The notes beneath the pieces are model-generated. The model was not told where the DNA came from. It did no database searches and saw nothing but the letters and a program-made list of their open reading frames with translations. From Armatimonadota bacterium (GTDB lineage Bacteria > Armatimonadota > UBA5829 > DTLH01): a stretch of 64,000 bases of DNA. The position numbers and the translations under genes were made by a program. Shown here piece after piece: positions 21,601 to 30,586 of the stretch. The stretch spans positions 63,743 to 127,742 of the forward strand of contig JBBRAE010000008.1 in the NCBI GenBank assembly GCA_038207085.1. Reading direction: 5' to 3'. Position 1 is the stretch's first letter. Every line of letters starts with the position of its first letter.

Positions 21601-22161
21601 GAGGTGAACGGACTCTCGCGCCTCACTACGGAGTTTTTGGAGTATGCGCGGCCGATGGAGTTCGATATCGGCCCGGTAGACGTAAACGAGATCGTCGAAA
21701 AGACTTTGGCGCTGATGTGCGTTCACATCGTCGACAGCGGTGCAGTCGCCCACGAGAAGCTCGCGGCGGAACTGCCGCTCATACAGGCCGACGGCAAGCA
21801 GCTTGAGCATGTGCTCCGTAACATGATCATCAATTCGCTTCAGGCGATGCCCACGGGCGGCGAGATAACGATCATCACGCGCTCTATCGGCGGTCACAGT
21901 GTGGAGCTTGCAGTAAAAGACACCGGCTGCGGAATCGCCGAGGAGAAGCTCAGGAGCATCTTTGTACCGTTCTTCACTACCAAGACCAAGGGAACAGGGC
22001 TTGGCCTCTCGGTCGTCCAGAAGATTGTGGAGAACCACAGCGGGCGGATACACGTAGAAAGCCGGGTCGGGCAAGGGACGATGTTCCGTATGATCCTTCC
22101 GGTCGCAGGAGCGCTGCGGCCAAACCCGCCGGAAGCCGATACTATTGATAGAAGACAGTAA
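18616..22161 (+). CDS. Cytoplasmic sensor histidine kinase, ~4 GAF + PAS + HisKA + HATPase
   Basis: Repeated GAF motifs (GQGIAGRVA, GDGIVGLAA, SLMSIPL..VGVL), AHELRNPL H-box, NSLQAM, DTGCGI and PFFTTKTKGTGLGL; no TM segment. Confidence 0.93.
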   Translation: MTRQAGTPEFSGEAGSSLHSDGSKSAAILRTLEAARAEIGAECLALAAQDGNLSHVLTWKAELDGCADAAKCVEAATRVCGDAEASDSGVLSITFGSNRRAALASAAGSTELLEKISPQINLALENYRLTCELEAAKEQSRKRVEEVAAVYEIGAAITEVDTSNLLPMITEKAAHVMDAQACSLLIRDFESDELTIEASYGLVDDIVRGTRIPVGQGIAGRVASTGEAMLILDVDSDPRLHGFVRARKDIAASICAPMKDEMGRVMGVLNIRRHFPAEPFTEEDVKLFSIFATQATLAISNANLYTSLTRRVAEISTISDLLRAINSTLDLDGVLNQVADSIVDVVGFDRCCVYLSDPRTGELIAGVCRGYTEAELVAPVAPGDGIVGLAAREHIPIFARDGGITDYDHPGVVREDAHLAAPIVVREECIGVVMVDNSVSNRAIQPSAVELLSTFVSQAGIAIENARLYEAMEEKYSELNVLFEHSKTISSAYGLDNAATIATDVARKAVACDGCGLLLLDERRTSIDLKSATGVDGDVLGLVREVLTSDHALELVRELRSTVQFTHETATGLTPTARILIDQIAGPDGAVLLVPLLAEDAPVGALVMFRREKPAFAIGETQLLSIVASQAAVVLKNAIRYEQRMRRQVLDLSTLYEFSRRISSSSSLEEALDAILSIVIDLVDADEAAIYAIDHEHGLMVPTAVKCTVGNPRKLAPQPLSGNNVMSWTVREAKAVVSPDVSQDQRFDPINLSDRPIRSLMSIPLMVQDDAVGVLSVHSANPNLYSEDDVRVLSIIASQSAAIYKELEALATLTSYTYNILSSIAAGVITLDSGGKVLTWNNAAEKIVGVVGYKVIGKLFRDVVKSLKMTDEDKKSTLDIIGHVQSTGLLYQGYKLVYHPPGPDVMYLNLSASVLSNNSEEPLGTVIIFEDITRDIKMENEFRRMGELAAVGQLAASIAHELRNPLSSIKGAAQYLQKEFEHEASIVEFLGIIIDEVNGLSRLTTEFLEYARPMEFDIGPVDVNEIVEKTLALMCVHIVDSGAVAHEKLAAELPLIQADGKQLEHVLRNMIINSLQAMPTGGEITIITRSIGGHSVELAVKDTGCGIAEEKLRSIFVPFFTTKTKGTGLGLSVVQKIVENHSGRIHVESRVGQGTMFRMILPVAGALRPNPPEADTIDRRQ

Positions 22162-22196
22162 CCTCAGACTAAACTCTGATTGGAAGCGAGTGGAAA

Positions 22197-23408
22197 GTGG
22201 CTGCTAACAACACTGGAACGATTCTTATAGCTGATGACGAGCCCAATATCAGGCGAGTTATCGAGGCGGTGCTAACCAAGGATGGCTACACCGTAATAAC
22301 CGCCGAAAACGGCAAAAAGGCGATCGACATAGTGTCGACGAACACATCGATCGACTGCATGATCTCTGACCTCATCATGCCCGACGTCAACGGCGTCGAG
22401 CTCCTTGAGGCCGCCAAGGAGATAAACCCGAGCCTTTCGGTGATTATGATAACTGCGCACGGCACCATAAAGAGCGCGGTAGATGCGATGCGCCTAGGCG
22501 CGTTCGACTACATCACCAAGCCTTTTGAGATGGACGAGCTAAAAGTTGTCGTCAAGCGAGCCCTCGAGCGCAGACACCTGATCAACGAAAATAGAGAGCT
22601 TCGCCAGCAGCTGAAGACCCGCTACAAGTTTGAGAACATCATCGGCTCATCAAGCGCCATGCAGGAAGTCTATAAGATGGTCGAGCGCGTCGCCGACAGC
22701 CGGGCGACCGTGCTTGTGCGGGGTGAAAGCGGCACCGGCAAAGAGCTTATCGCCCGCGCGCTTCACTTCAACTCGACGCGTGCGCAGCACCCGTTTATCC
22801 CCGTCGTCTGCGTCGCACTCTCCGAGCAGCTTCTTGAAAGTGAGCTCTTCGGGCACGAGAAGGGGTCGTTTACTGGCGCTATGAATCAGAAAGCGGGGCG
22901 ATTCGAGCTTGCCCACACCGGAACGCTTTTTCTCGATGAGATCGGCGACATCCCCGGCAACGTGCAGATGAAGCTTCTGAGGGTCATCCAGGAACGTGAG
23001 TTCGAGCGCGTCGGCGGCCTGAAGCCGATCAAAGTTGACGTAAGGCTCGTCACCGCGACCAACCAGAACCTCGAAAAAGATGTGAAAGAAGGCAAGTTCA
23101 GGGAGGACCTGTTCTACCGTCTGCAGGTAGTTCAGATCAATCTGCCGCCGCTACGCGAGCGCATCGACGACGTTGCGCTTTTGGTCGAGCACTTTATCGG
23201 CAAGTTTGCCAAAGAAAACGGCAAAGATATCAAGTTTGCGAGCCCCGAGGCGCTTGAGATAATGATGCATCACCGCTGGCCGGGGAACATCCGAGAGCTT
23301 GAGAACGTCTGCGAGCGGGCGATAGTGCTCGCTGACCCCAAGGCCCAGCTGATCACCCCCGACCTGCTTCCGCCCGCTGTAATTGCATCGGCAGTCGCTG
23401 CAAAGTAA
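22197..23408 (+). CDS. sigma54-dependent response regulator (NtrC/AtoC-like) lacking the C-terminal HTH
   Basis: Receiver domain, GESGTGKE, ELFGHEKGSFTGA, FLDEIGD and WPGNIRELEN; the stop follows the AAA+ domain directly. Confidence 0.9.
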   Translation: MAANNTGTILIADDEPNIRRVIEAVLTKDGYTVITAENGKKAIDIVSTNTSIDCMISDLIMPDVNGVELLEAAKEINPSLSVIMITAHGTIKSAVDAMRLGAFDYITKPFEMDELKVVVKRALERRHLINENRELRQQLKTRYKFENIIGSSSAMQEVYKMVERVADSRATVLVRGESGTGKELIARALHFNSTRAQHPFIPVVCVALSEQLLESELFGHEKGSFTGAMNQKAGRFELAHTGTLFLDEIGDIPGNVQMKLLRVIQEREFERVGGLKPIKVDVRLVTATNQNLEKDVKEGKFREDLFYRLQVVQINLPPLRERIDDVALLVEHFIGKFAKENGKDIKFASPEALEIMMHHRWPGNIRELENVCERAIVLADPKAQLITPDLLPPAVIASAVAAK

Positions 23409-23420
23409 ACATAATCATTT

Positions 23421-23451
23421 GTGGGGACGGGTCTATTGCACCCGTCCCCAC
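23421..23451. repeat. REP-like palindrome or terminator after the sigma54 activator
   Basis: GTGGGGACGGGT-loop-ACCCGTCCCCAC, a 12-bp perfect stem. Confidence 0.6.
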
Positions 23452-23505
23452 TATCCTCCCAACCAATGGTTTGGCGCAATCTCTGCTGGGAAAACTATTA
23501 GATGT

Positions 23506-24381
23506 ATGGACACCCTACTTTTCAACCCAAACGCCGGGAAGGCGAAGAAGATAGGCTTGACTCCGGAGGACCTCGCCTCGCGGTTCTATGCTCGCGGAAT
23601 CGAGGTGGAGTATCCGCCGTGTGCGACGGAGGCTGAGATCCTCGACGCCGCCACTCGCTCCGGGGGCCGGGTGATTGTCGCGGGTGGCGACGGGACGATT
23701 CATGCGCTTCTGCAGGCGGTCGACCGCTGCCGTGCGCTTCGTCTCGGGATCATCCCCGTAGGCTCGGCGAACCATCTCGCAAACGCGCTTGGCATACCGA
23801 CAGACATCGACGCGGCGATCGACGTTTTCGCTGAAGGACACACCCGCGAGATCGATCTTGGCAGGGTAAACGGCGTCGTGTTTTCGCAGGCCGCTGGTGT
23901 CGGGTTTCACGCTGCTATATTTCGTGCCTACGGCGAGCGCACCGAGAAGAGCCGGGTCGATGCCATCTCCGCAGCTATCGCGACGTTCTCGGACTGGGCC
24001 CCACAGCTAGTTCGGGTGATCATCGACGGCGTGCCCTATGTCGAGGAAGTCTTCCAAGTTACAGCCGCCAACACCTCGATGTATGGTGGGCAGTTCCAGA
24101 TCGCCCCTGACGCAGTGATTGACGACGGCCTGCTCGATGTCATCATAGTCGGGAGTCTGAACAAGGTTGAGATCATCGAGTATAGCGTTGCGGCAGCCAT
24201 GGGCGCCCATCTGGGCCTGGCGAAGACCTATATCACCCGGGCAAAACGTGTGGAAGTCGCCGCAGTGGGCGACGAGCAACTGGCGATTCACGCCGACGCG
24301 ATGTCGGTCGGGTTCACTCCCGCCGAGATCGAGGTGCTGCCCGGATGCCTGCAAGTCGTGGTCCCGGAGGCGGTGCCATGA
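23506..24381 (+). CDS. YegS/DAGK-family lipid kinase
   Basis: NPNAGK, AGGDGT, IPVGSANHLA and DDGLLDV; start moved to ATG 23506. Confidence 0.92.
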   Translation: MDTLLFNPNAGKAKKIGLTPEDLASRFYARGIEVEYPPCATEAEILDAATRSGGRVIVAGGDGTIHALLQAVDRCRALRLGIIPVGSANHLANALGIPTDIDAAIDVFAEGHTREIDLGRVNGVVFSQAAGVGFHAAIFRAYGERTEKSRVDAISAAIATFSDWAPQLVRVIIDGVPYVEEVFQVTAANTSMYGGQFQIAPDAVIDDGLLDVIIVGSLNKVEIIEYSVAAAMGAHLGLAKTYITRAKRVEVAAVGDEQLAIHADAMSVGFTPAEIEVLPGCLQVVVPEAVP

Positions 24382-25016
24382 ACGTAGCCCTCCACGTCCA
24401 CACGAACTTTTCAGCCTGTTCTGAGAGCAAACTCCCCGCTATCGCCGAGTACTGCAGGCGAGGCGGGATCGACGCGATCGCGATCACCGACCACAACCGC
24501 ATCGACGGCGCGCTGGCCTTTGCAAAAGAAGCGCCGGACCTGCATGTGATAATCGGTGAGGAGATATCGACGATGCACGGTGAGGTGGTCGGCCTGTTTC
24601 TAAGCAAAAAGATCGAGGCCGGGGGAAACCTGCGTGAGACCTGCATCGAGATCAAGCGCCAGGGCGGTCTCGTCTACGTGCCGCACCCCTTTGACAAGTT
24701 CAAGGTCCACCGCGTGCGCAGGCGGAGGCTTTCAGAGATAATCGACCTCGTAGATATAATCGAAGTCTTCAATGCAAAGATCAGCCTGCCGATGTACAAC
24801 GTTCGGGCGCTCCACGTAGCAGAGCGCTTCGGCAAGGTCGGTGCAGTTGGAAGCGACTCCCACTTTGTCGCATCGATCGGGAGCGCAATCAACATAATGG
24901 AGCCATTCACCGACCCCGCAAGCTTCCTCGAAAACCTCCGTCAAGCCAGATTCCACACCGAAGCCTCAGGCCTGCTGTCGACCTGGTGGGTTAGGATGCG
25001 TAAGATGGTCAGTTAG
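24378..25016 (+). CDS. PHP-domain phosphoesterase
   Basis: LHVHT, AITDHN, PHPF and GSDSH; ATGA overlap with the upstream gene. Confidence 0.9.
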   Translation: MNVALHVHTNFSACSESKLPAIAEYCRRGGIDAIAITDHNRIDGALAFAKEAPDLHVIIGEEISTMHGEVVGLFLSKKIEAGGNLRETCIEIKRQGGLVYVPHPFDKFKVHRVRRRRLSEIIDLVDIIEVFNAKISLPMYNVRALHVAERFGKVGAVGSDSHFVASIGSAINIMEPFTDPASFLENLRQARFHTEASGLLSTWWVRMRKMVS

Positions 25017-25096
25017 CCCGCTTTATTCGTGAAGCGAATAAAGCTTTCGCTAACAGAGCATTATTCACGCTACTCGTGAATAATGCAGGTTAGCCC
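25013..25096 (+). repeat. Double-hairpin intergenic repeat, copy B (84 bp)
   Basis: TTAGCCC-GCTTTATTCG TGAAG CGAATAAAGC-linker-GCATTATTCACG CTACT CGTGAATAATGC-AGG-TTAGCCC; fills the gap between two convergent stop codons. Confidence 0.9.
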
Positions 25097-28000
25097 TATT
25101 CCATCCGAATGTCCGAGCTTGTGCATGGTTTCACGACCCGCACGACCGGGCCACCCATCGAGCGGATGCAGGAACTGATCCCCTTCACTGTGACATAGTT
25201 ACCGATGGCGTAGCTTCGGCCGTCGAAGGCGATTCGCACTCCGAGGGGGTAGGGGGTGCGCTGCGAGGTTCCGTCGTACAGCCCCGAGCCGTCATCGATG
25301 TAGAAATACGCGCCGGCTGGGTCGATGCAGGTGATCTTGCCCCAGACCCGCACGAGCAGGCCGAGGTTGTTCCTTCCTATGGACTGGTTCCATCTCCATA
25401 CTCCCACGGTGTCAACGCTCTCAGCAGCGTCCCACACGCCTTCCTGAAGGCCGAGTGGGCCGCCGCCAAGCGCGTAGTTTGTCATACCCAGTGGAGCCGG
25501 GACGGGTGCGACAGCGGCGAGGTCGGGCCACTGTCCTGTGGGCTCGATATAGCGCTCGCCTGTCGTGCTGTCGGTCTTGATCGCCCCCGAGAGGTTGATC
25601 ACCTGCCCAAGAGCGAACGCCTCCGACGTATCTATTCTCGTACCTCCCGATCTGTCGGCAAACTCCGCGTAGAGCATGGATGGGAACGCGGCAGTCACTA
25701 CGAGGTCCCCCACGCTCACACTCGTCCCATCAGAAAGCGATCGTTTGGCAGAAGAAAGCGCCAGCGGACGCTCGTAGGCGCCTATATCGGGAAGCGCCGT
25801 CCCGTCGCCGTCGCCGTCCTGCGGGCGGATCGACCCCGCAATGTCTTTGGCGGGCGCATCGGCAGGGGCAGCCGTGTCTACACAGGGAGAGGTGAACATC
25901 GGCTGATAATCCGCCGCCGCAAGAGCCGGGTCACTTGTCACGTCGCCGCTTGATGACAGCCCGGAGTAATCGTAAGCGCCGTTTGACCCGACGCAGTTGC
26001 TGCGGGCAGTCGGGCTGCCGGATATCTTGAACACACCAGGTGAGTTGTAGGCGACGACGTTGTTGGCAATGATGGGCGATGAGTTCATTATGTAGATTGC
26101 GCCACCGTCGGTTGAGGTGCTGTTGTAGACTATAGTGTTGTTTCTGATCGAAGGCGCGCCCGATGAACAGCGGATGCCTCCACCGGTTGAAGCGCTGTTG
26201 CTTGAGATGATATTGTTCACGATCACCGCGTTTGAGCCATAGCAATAGATGCCCCCGCCAGTCGTCGTCGCGCCGTTTCCAATGATGATGTTACCTGAGA
26301 TAGTCGGAGAGCTTGTATAAATATAGAAGCCACCGCCGTTTGTCGCAAGCCCGCCGGTAACGGTGAACCCATCGATTACGGTGGTCTGAGTCGCGCCGGA
26401 CTGAACGGTTATGGTCGACCCCCCGCTGCTTCCGTTTAGCGTCGTCTTGTTGACCCTGGCGTTGCGTTCTTCCCTGACTCCCTCGCGAGCCGCAAACCCT
26501 CCGTAAATCGCTGTGCCCGACTTTATCGTGATGCGCTCAGCGTAATCGCCAGAGGCGACCCATATTTCCTTGCCGCTTGTCGAGGCGCTTATCGCCTGGG
26601 TGATGGTCTGATAGGCGGTCGTCCAGCCCGACCCGTCGCGAACGGCGTTTTGGTTGGCTTTGTTGACGTAGATTACGTTTGTTGTAAGCCGAACTTCTAA
26701 CGTTGAGCTTATCACAGGGCTTGCATTGCCGGAGCTCGAAAACGCCTGGGTCTGGACGGTGTGTAAGCCTGCGCCGAGCGTCTGCGTTGTGAACGTAAAC
26801 GACTCGGAGTCCTCGTCAAATGCACCGTCCGCTGAAGCGGCATCACTCCACACCCCACCGTCGATACACCACTTCACAGCTGTGATTTTGTTGATAGTCA
26901 CGTCCGAGCGCAAGGGAGCGACACAGGGGATGTCGGTAGCGGTGCCGTAAATGGTAGGAGTCGAGTCGTCATTCGGTGTCGTGATGGTGCTGTACGTGCA
27001 GCCCACTGTGTTGTCGACGGTGTCGGGGAGCCCGTCGGAGTCGCTGTCCCTCCATCCTATCTGCGCCCAGGTATACTGACACAGGTAGTCGTCGTTGGAC
27101 TTCATCACGCAGGAAACACTCGCGGGGTTGTCCAGTTCGCAGTTGGTGTTTGGAATGTTAAGATAACCGGCATTTGCCGACGTGCAGCAGGCGTAACCTT
27201 GCTGGCAGTATTCGTCGTCTGCGAGGAAGATGTGACCGGTCTCGTGGCTTGTGACCTGGTTCATTCGCGATATTCCCCAGCCGTCGTTGTCGTAGGTCAT
27301 GATGACATAGGGACCACCCAGCCACGCGTAGCCGAACCTTCCAGTGGTGAACATGCCGTCGCTATCGTTCAGGCTGTCGACGACGATGATCGCAAAGCTC
27401 CAGTCCGTCGCCATAGTGCTTCTGAGGTTGTTAATATAGCTGCGAGCCCGGGCAAAAGGTGTGCCTGAGGAGTAACCCATGTTGGCGAAGATGTCTGACA
27501 CCCACGTGCTCTCATCTTCGTAACCCTGCATGGTGATCGGCTCGTACTGGGTTGGAACGCTGAACTTTTTGTCGTAATAGAACGTGAGATGCGCTGCGGC
27601 CCCGCCTTTGTTGACCCACCAGTTGAGCCCGGTCACGATCTGGCTGAAGACGGTGTCCTGCCGTGCCGCCGACCAGTTCTCACCGGACCCGTTTGACTCC
27701 GGGATGATGACGCCGACCGCCACTTTGCCGATCATAAACTCGCTGGTCTGAGTGGTTCCCGGGGCTGCCGCAGCCAGGACCGCTGATGTGCTCATATCAG
27801 GCTCCGGCGGGACAAAGGCGTCTCTGACAAGCGGCTGTCCGTCGGGCGCGTCCGTGGCAGTCTCAGGTTGCAGAAGTGTGTTCCAGATTTTGATGGCGGT
27901 TGTCGTGTCCGGGTCTGCTGAGGCGGGAATGGCCACGGTCACTCGGATGATTGCCCTGACTTCTGGGAGCTCGTTTGCACCGGCCTCCGCGCTCGTCGGA

Positions 28001-28245
28001 ACGCTTGCGATAATCGCGCCTCCTGGGAGCACGTGCTGGGCTTCAATTCCTAGCGCTCGAAGCCTTTCTATGGCGGCTTCGACCCCCGCGGCGTCTTTCT
28101 GATTAAGCAGAATGAGCGCCTGGTCCGGTGCTGCCGCGGCATGCGCCGGGGGCGTCGGAAATATCAGTGTAAGAACAACGAATAACAGACCCATCCATGT
28201 CTGAAGAGACGAATGTCCATCCTTGGAAGCATCTTTTCGCCGCAC
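25096..28245 (-). CDS. Secreted multidomain protein: zinc metallopeptidase + Ig-like + right-handed beta-helix + C-terminal OB-like tail
   Basis: Signal peptide (PAHA), HETGHIFLADDEY zinc motif, GGGIY/N-rich beta-helix repeats, DGDGDG..PDIGAYE, and tail with GLLVRVWGKIT..YIDDGSG. Confidence 0.75.
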   Translation of the reverse strand: MRRKDASKDGHSSLQTWMGLLFVVLTLIFPTPPAHAAAAPDQALILLNQKDAAGVEAAIERLRALGIEAQHVLPGGAIIASVPTSAEAGANELPEVRAIIRVTVAIPASADPDTTTAIKIWNTLLQPETATDAPDGQPLVRDAFVPPEPDMSTSAVLAAAAPGTTQTSEFMIGKVAVGVIIPESNGSGENWSAARQDTVFSQIVTGLNWWVNKGGAAAHLTFYYDKKFSVPTQYEPITMQGYEDESTWVSDIFANMGYSSGTPFARARSYINNLRSTMATDWSFAIIVVDSLNDSDGMFTTGRFGYAWLGGPYVIMTYDNDGWGISRMNQVTSHETGHIFLADDEYCQQGYACCTSANAGYLNIPNTNCELDNPASVSCVMKSNDDYLCQYTWAQIGWRDSDSDGLPDTVDNTVGCTYSTITTPNDDSTPTIYGTATDIPCVAPLRSDVTINKITAVKWCIDGGVWSDAASADGAFDEDSESFTFTTQTLGAGLHTVQTQAFSSSGNASPVISSTLEVRLTTNVIYVNKANQNAVRDGSGWTTAYQTITQAISASTSGKEIWVASGDYAERITIKSGTAIYGGFAAREGVREERNARVNKTTLNGSSGGSTITVQSGATQTTVIDGFTVTGGLATNGGGFYIYTSSPTISGNIIIGNGATTTGGGIYCYGSNAVIVNNIISSNSASTGGGIRCSSGAPSIRNNTIVYNSTSTDGGAIYIMNSSPIIANNVVAYNSPGVFKISGSPTARSNCVGSNGAYDYSGLSSSGDVTSDPALAAADYQPMFTSPCVDTAAPADAPAKDIAGSIRPQDGDGDGTALPDIGAYERPLALSSAKRSLSDGTSVSVGDLVVTAAFPSMLYAEFADRSGGTRIDTSEAFALGQVINLSGAIKTDSTTGERYIEPTGQWPDLAAVAPVPAPLGMTNYALGGGPLGLQEGVWDAAESVDTVGVWRWNQSIGRNNLGLLVRVWGKITCIDPAGAYFYIDDGSGLYDGTSQRTPYPLGVRIAFDGRSYAIGNYVTVKGISSCIRSMGGPVVRVVKPCTSSDIRME

Positions 28246-28349
28246 GGGAGCCCTCGCTTTCGAATCGAGGATACTTGCAATTCTGTCGCAGTATATCCCC
28301 AGCCTGCCTGCTTGTCAAACATAGCAGGCAGGCGAGAGCTTTACGCACG

Positions 28350-28665
28350 TCAGGCGGCGTCGGACTGAATCTCGATTACCGATTCCAAGAGGCTCGTGAA
28401 ACTGGAGTGGTTTGCGTCTGTGCTGCGAGCGGCGATGCTGGCGGCGAGCGCCCGCACGTCGCAGGCCGCCGGAGTCATAGGGGAAGATGCGACGAACGAT
28501 TGTCGCTTGCGCACGCAGGAGGCCGCTGGGCGTCGGCGCGTACACATCCGCCGTAGGTTAGTCGCTTGGACAGAAACTTGCCTGCGATGGAGTCGATGAT
28601 GCCAAAAACCTGCTCCGCCTGCTCCTGGCTCTGCGCCATATTGACGACTACCCTGATGTTGGCAA
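28350..28665 (-). pseudogene. FlhG/FleN/MinD-family ATPase remnant (C-terminal third, frameshifted)
   Basis: One frame reads ANIRVVVNMAQSQEQAEQVFGIIDSIAGKFLSKRLTYGGCVRAD; after a shift near 28530 it reads AASCVRKRQSFVASSPMTPAACDVRALAASI. No P-loop half is present. Confidence 0.65.
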
Positions 28666-28762
28666 TGGAGATTTGTCATAGACATAGTATTGCTACCTGT
28701 CCAAGAGTATTGTTCTATCAACTGTCGGGGAATTGCCGAGGATTTCGTGCCTGTAATCAATC

Positions 28763-28796
28763 AAAAAGGCCCGGAGCTCACTACTGCTCCGGGCCT
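28763..28796 (-). terminator. Intrinsic terminator of the hydrogenase operon
   Basis: Minus strand AGGCCCGGAGC-loop-GCTCCGGGCCT-TTTT. Confidence 0.85.
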
Positions 28797-28808
28797 GTGG
28801 GTTCTCTT

Positions 28809-30581
28809 TTATGCTTCTTGAGTCTCAGGCAACAGAGGCTCAATCTCAACCACGGGATACCTGCGCCGCTTGGTGTAGTGCGTGTGCAGGAGTTTGTGGG
28901 CGAGGTGGCTGTTTGGCTCGCCGAGGAACTCCTCGTAGAGCGCCTTGACGGCCGGATTCTCGTGGCTCTTGCGGATGACAAGCGCCTCGTCCTCGTCGTA
29001 GATGGCCTTCATGCGGGCCTCGCGGATCGCGTCGGTGGTTGGGATCGGCTGTCCGCCTCCACCAATACACCCGCCGGGGCAGCACATGATCTCGATGAAG
29101 TGATAGTCGGCGGTTCCGGCTGCGACCTTGTCCATAAGCTGGCGGGCGTTTGTAAGCCCGTTTGCAATCGCGACCTTCACGGGGATATCCCCGACCTGTA
29201 CCGTCGCCTCTTTCACGCCTATCAGCCCTCGAACGTCGGTGAAGTTGACGTTCTCAAGCGTGTCGCCCGTGACTACTTCATACACCGTCCGAAGCGCGGC
29301 TTCCATAACACCGCCGGTCGCTCCGAAGATCACTGCAGCGCCGGTCGATATGCCAAGCGGCTCGTCGAACTGGTTGTCGGGCAGGTTCGCGAAGTCGACG
29401 CCCATCTCGCGGATCATCTTCGCCGCCTCACGGGTCGTCAAGACCGCGTCGATATCAGGGATGCCGGGGTTCGCCGACATCTCCTCGCGCTCCGCCTCGA
29501 ACTTCTTCGCCGTACAGGGCATGATCGAGACCACATAGACGTCTTTGGGGTCGACGCCTTCTTTTTCGGCGTAGTAGGTCTTGGCGAGCGCCCCAAACAT
29601 CTGCTGCGGACTCTTGCACGTAGACAGATGCGGCAGTAGCTCGGGGTAGAAGTGCTCGATATACTTGATCCATCCCGGCGAGCAGGATGTGATCATCGGG
29701 AGCGTCCCGCCCTTCTTCAGGCGACCAAGAAGCTCCGTTCCTTCTTCAAGGATCGTCAGATCCGCGGTGAAGTCGGTGTCGAAGACCTTGGCAAAGCCCA
29801 TCTGGCGAAGCGCGTTCACCATCTTGCCGGTGACGCGGGTGCCCGCAGGCATGCCGAACTCCTCGCCGATCGCCACGCGGACGGCTGGCGCGGTCTGAAC
29901 TACAACGTGCTTGGTCGGGTCGGCGAGCGCCTTCCAGACGGCTTTGGTCGAGTCCTTCTCGTAAAGCGCGTTAACCGGGCAGACAGATACGCACTGCCCG
30001 CACATCACGCATGCGACATCGTTCAGGTCCTTCTTCATCGCCGGGACGACCGCCGTCTCGAATCCACGGTCGACCGGGAACAGCGCCCCGACGCCCTGCA
30101 CCTGCTGGCAGACCGTCACGCAGCGTCTGCACAGGATGCACTTGCTGCTGTCGCGGACGATGCTCGGGCTTGAGGTGTCCATGATCTGCTTGGGCATTGC
30201 TCCCGCGAAGCGCGATTCGGTGACACCGAGCTGCTTTGCCACCTCCTGAAGCTCGCAGTTAAGGCTGCGGCCGCAGAAGGTGCATTCCTGGCGGTGCGCT
30301 GAGAGCATCAGCTCGACGACAGTTCGCCGGGCCGATCTAACCCGCTGGGTGTTGGTCTTGACGGCCATTCCGTCGGTCGCGGGGTAGACGCATGAGGCCT
30401 GAAGCCCGCGCCCGCCTTCGATCTCAACGAGACAGACCCGGCAAGCGCCCATCGAGTGCACGCCGTCGAGGTAGCAGAGCGTCGGGATGTTGATCCCCGC
30501 GGCCTTTGCCGCCTGCAGCACCGTGCTTCCCGTCGGCACGCTCACCTGTTTTCCATCTATAGTAAGGGTAATGTTCTCCAT
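28809..30581 (-). CDS. hydA: [FeFe]-hydrogenase catalytic subunit (group A, multimeric)
   Basis: H-cluster motifs TSCSPGW, MPCTAKKFE and EIMCCPGGCIGGGGQP; N-terminal 2Fe-2S, HxxxCxxC and 2x[4Fe-4S] motifs; start ATG 30581. Confidence 0.96.
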   Translation of the reverse strand: MENITLTIDGKQVSVPTGSTVLQAAKAAGINIPTLCYLDGVHSMGACRVCLVEIEGGRGLQASCVYPATDGMAVKTNTQRVRSARRTVVELMLSAHRQECTFCGRSLNCELQEVAKQLGVTESRFAGAMPKQIMDTSSPSIVRDSSKCILCRRCVTVCQQVQGVGALFPVDRGFETAVVPAMKKDLNDVACVMCGQCVSVCPVNALYEKDSTKAVWKALADPTKHVVVQTAPAVRVAIGEEFGMPAGTRVTGKMVNALRQMGFAKVFDTDFTADLTILEEGTELLGRLKKGGTLPMITSCSPGWIKYIEHFYPELLPHLSTCKSPQQMFGALAKTYYAEKEGVDPKDVYVVSIMPCTAKKFEAEREEMSANPGIPDIDAVLTTREAAKMIREMGVDFANLPDNQFDEPLGISTGAAVIFGATGGVMEAALRTVYEVVTGDTLENVNFTDVRGLIGVKEATVQVGDIPVKVAIANGLTNARQLMDKVAAGTADYHFIEIMCCPGGCIGGGGQPIPTTDAIREARMKAIYDEDEALVIRKSHENPAVKALYEEFLGEPNSHLAHKLLHTHYTKRRRYPVVEIEPLLPETQEA

Positions 30582-30586
30582 GTATA

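Noticed and set aside
28350..28760. 136-aa ORF as an intact gene
   Set aside because: Only its last ~60 codons resemble a protein family; better explained as a frameshifted flhG/minD remnant.
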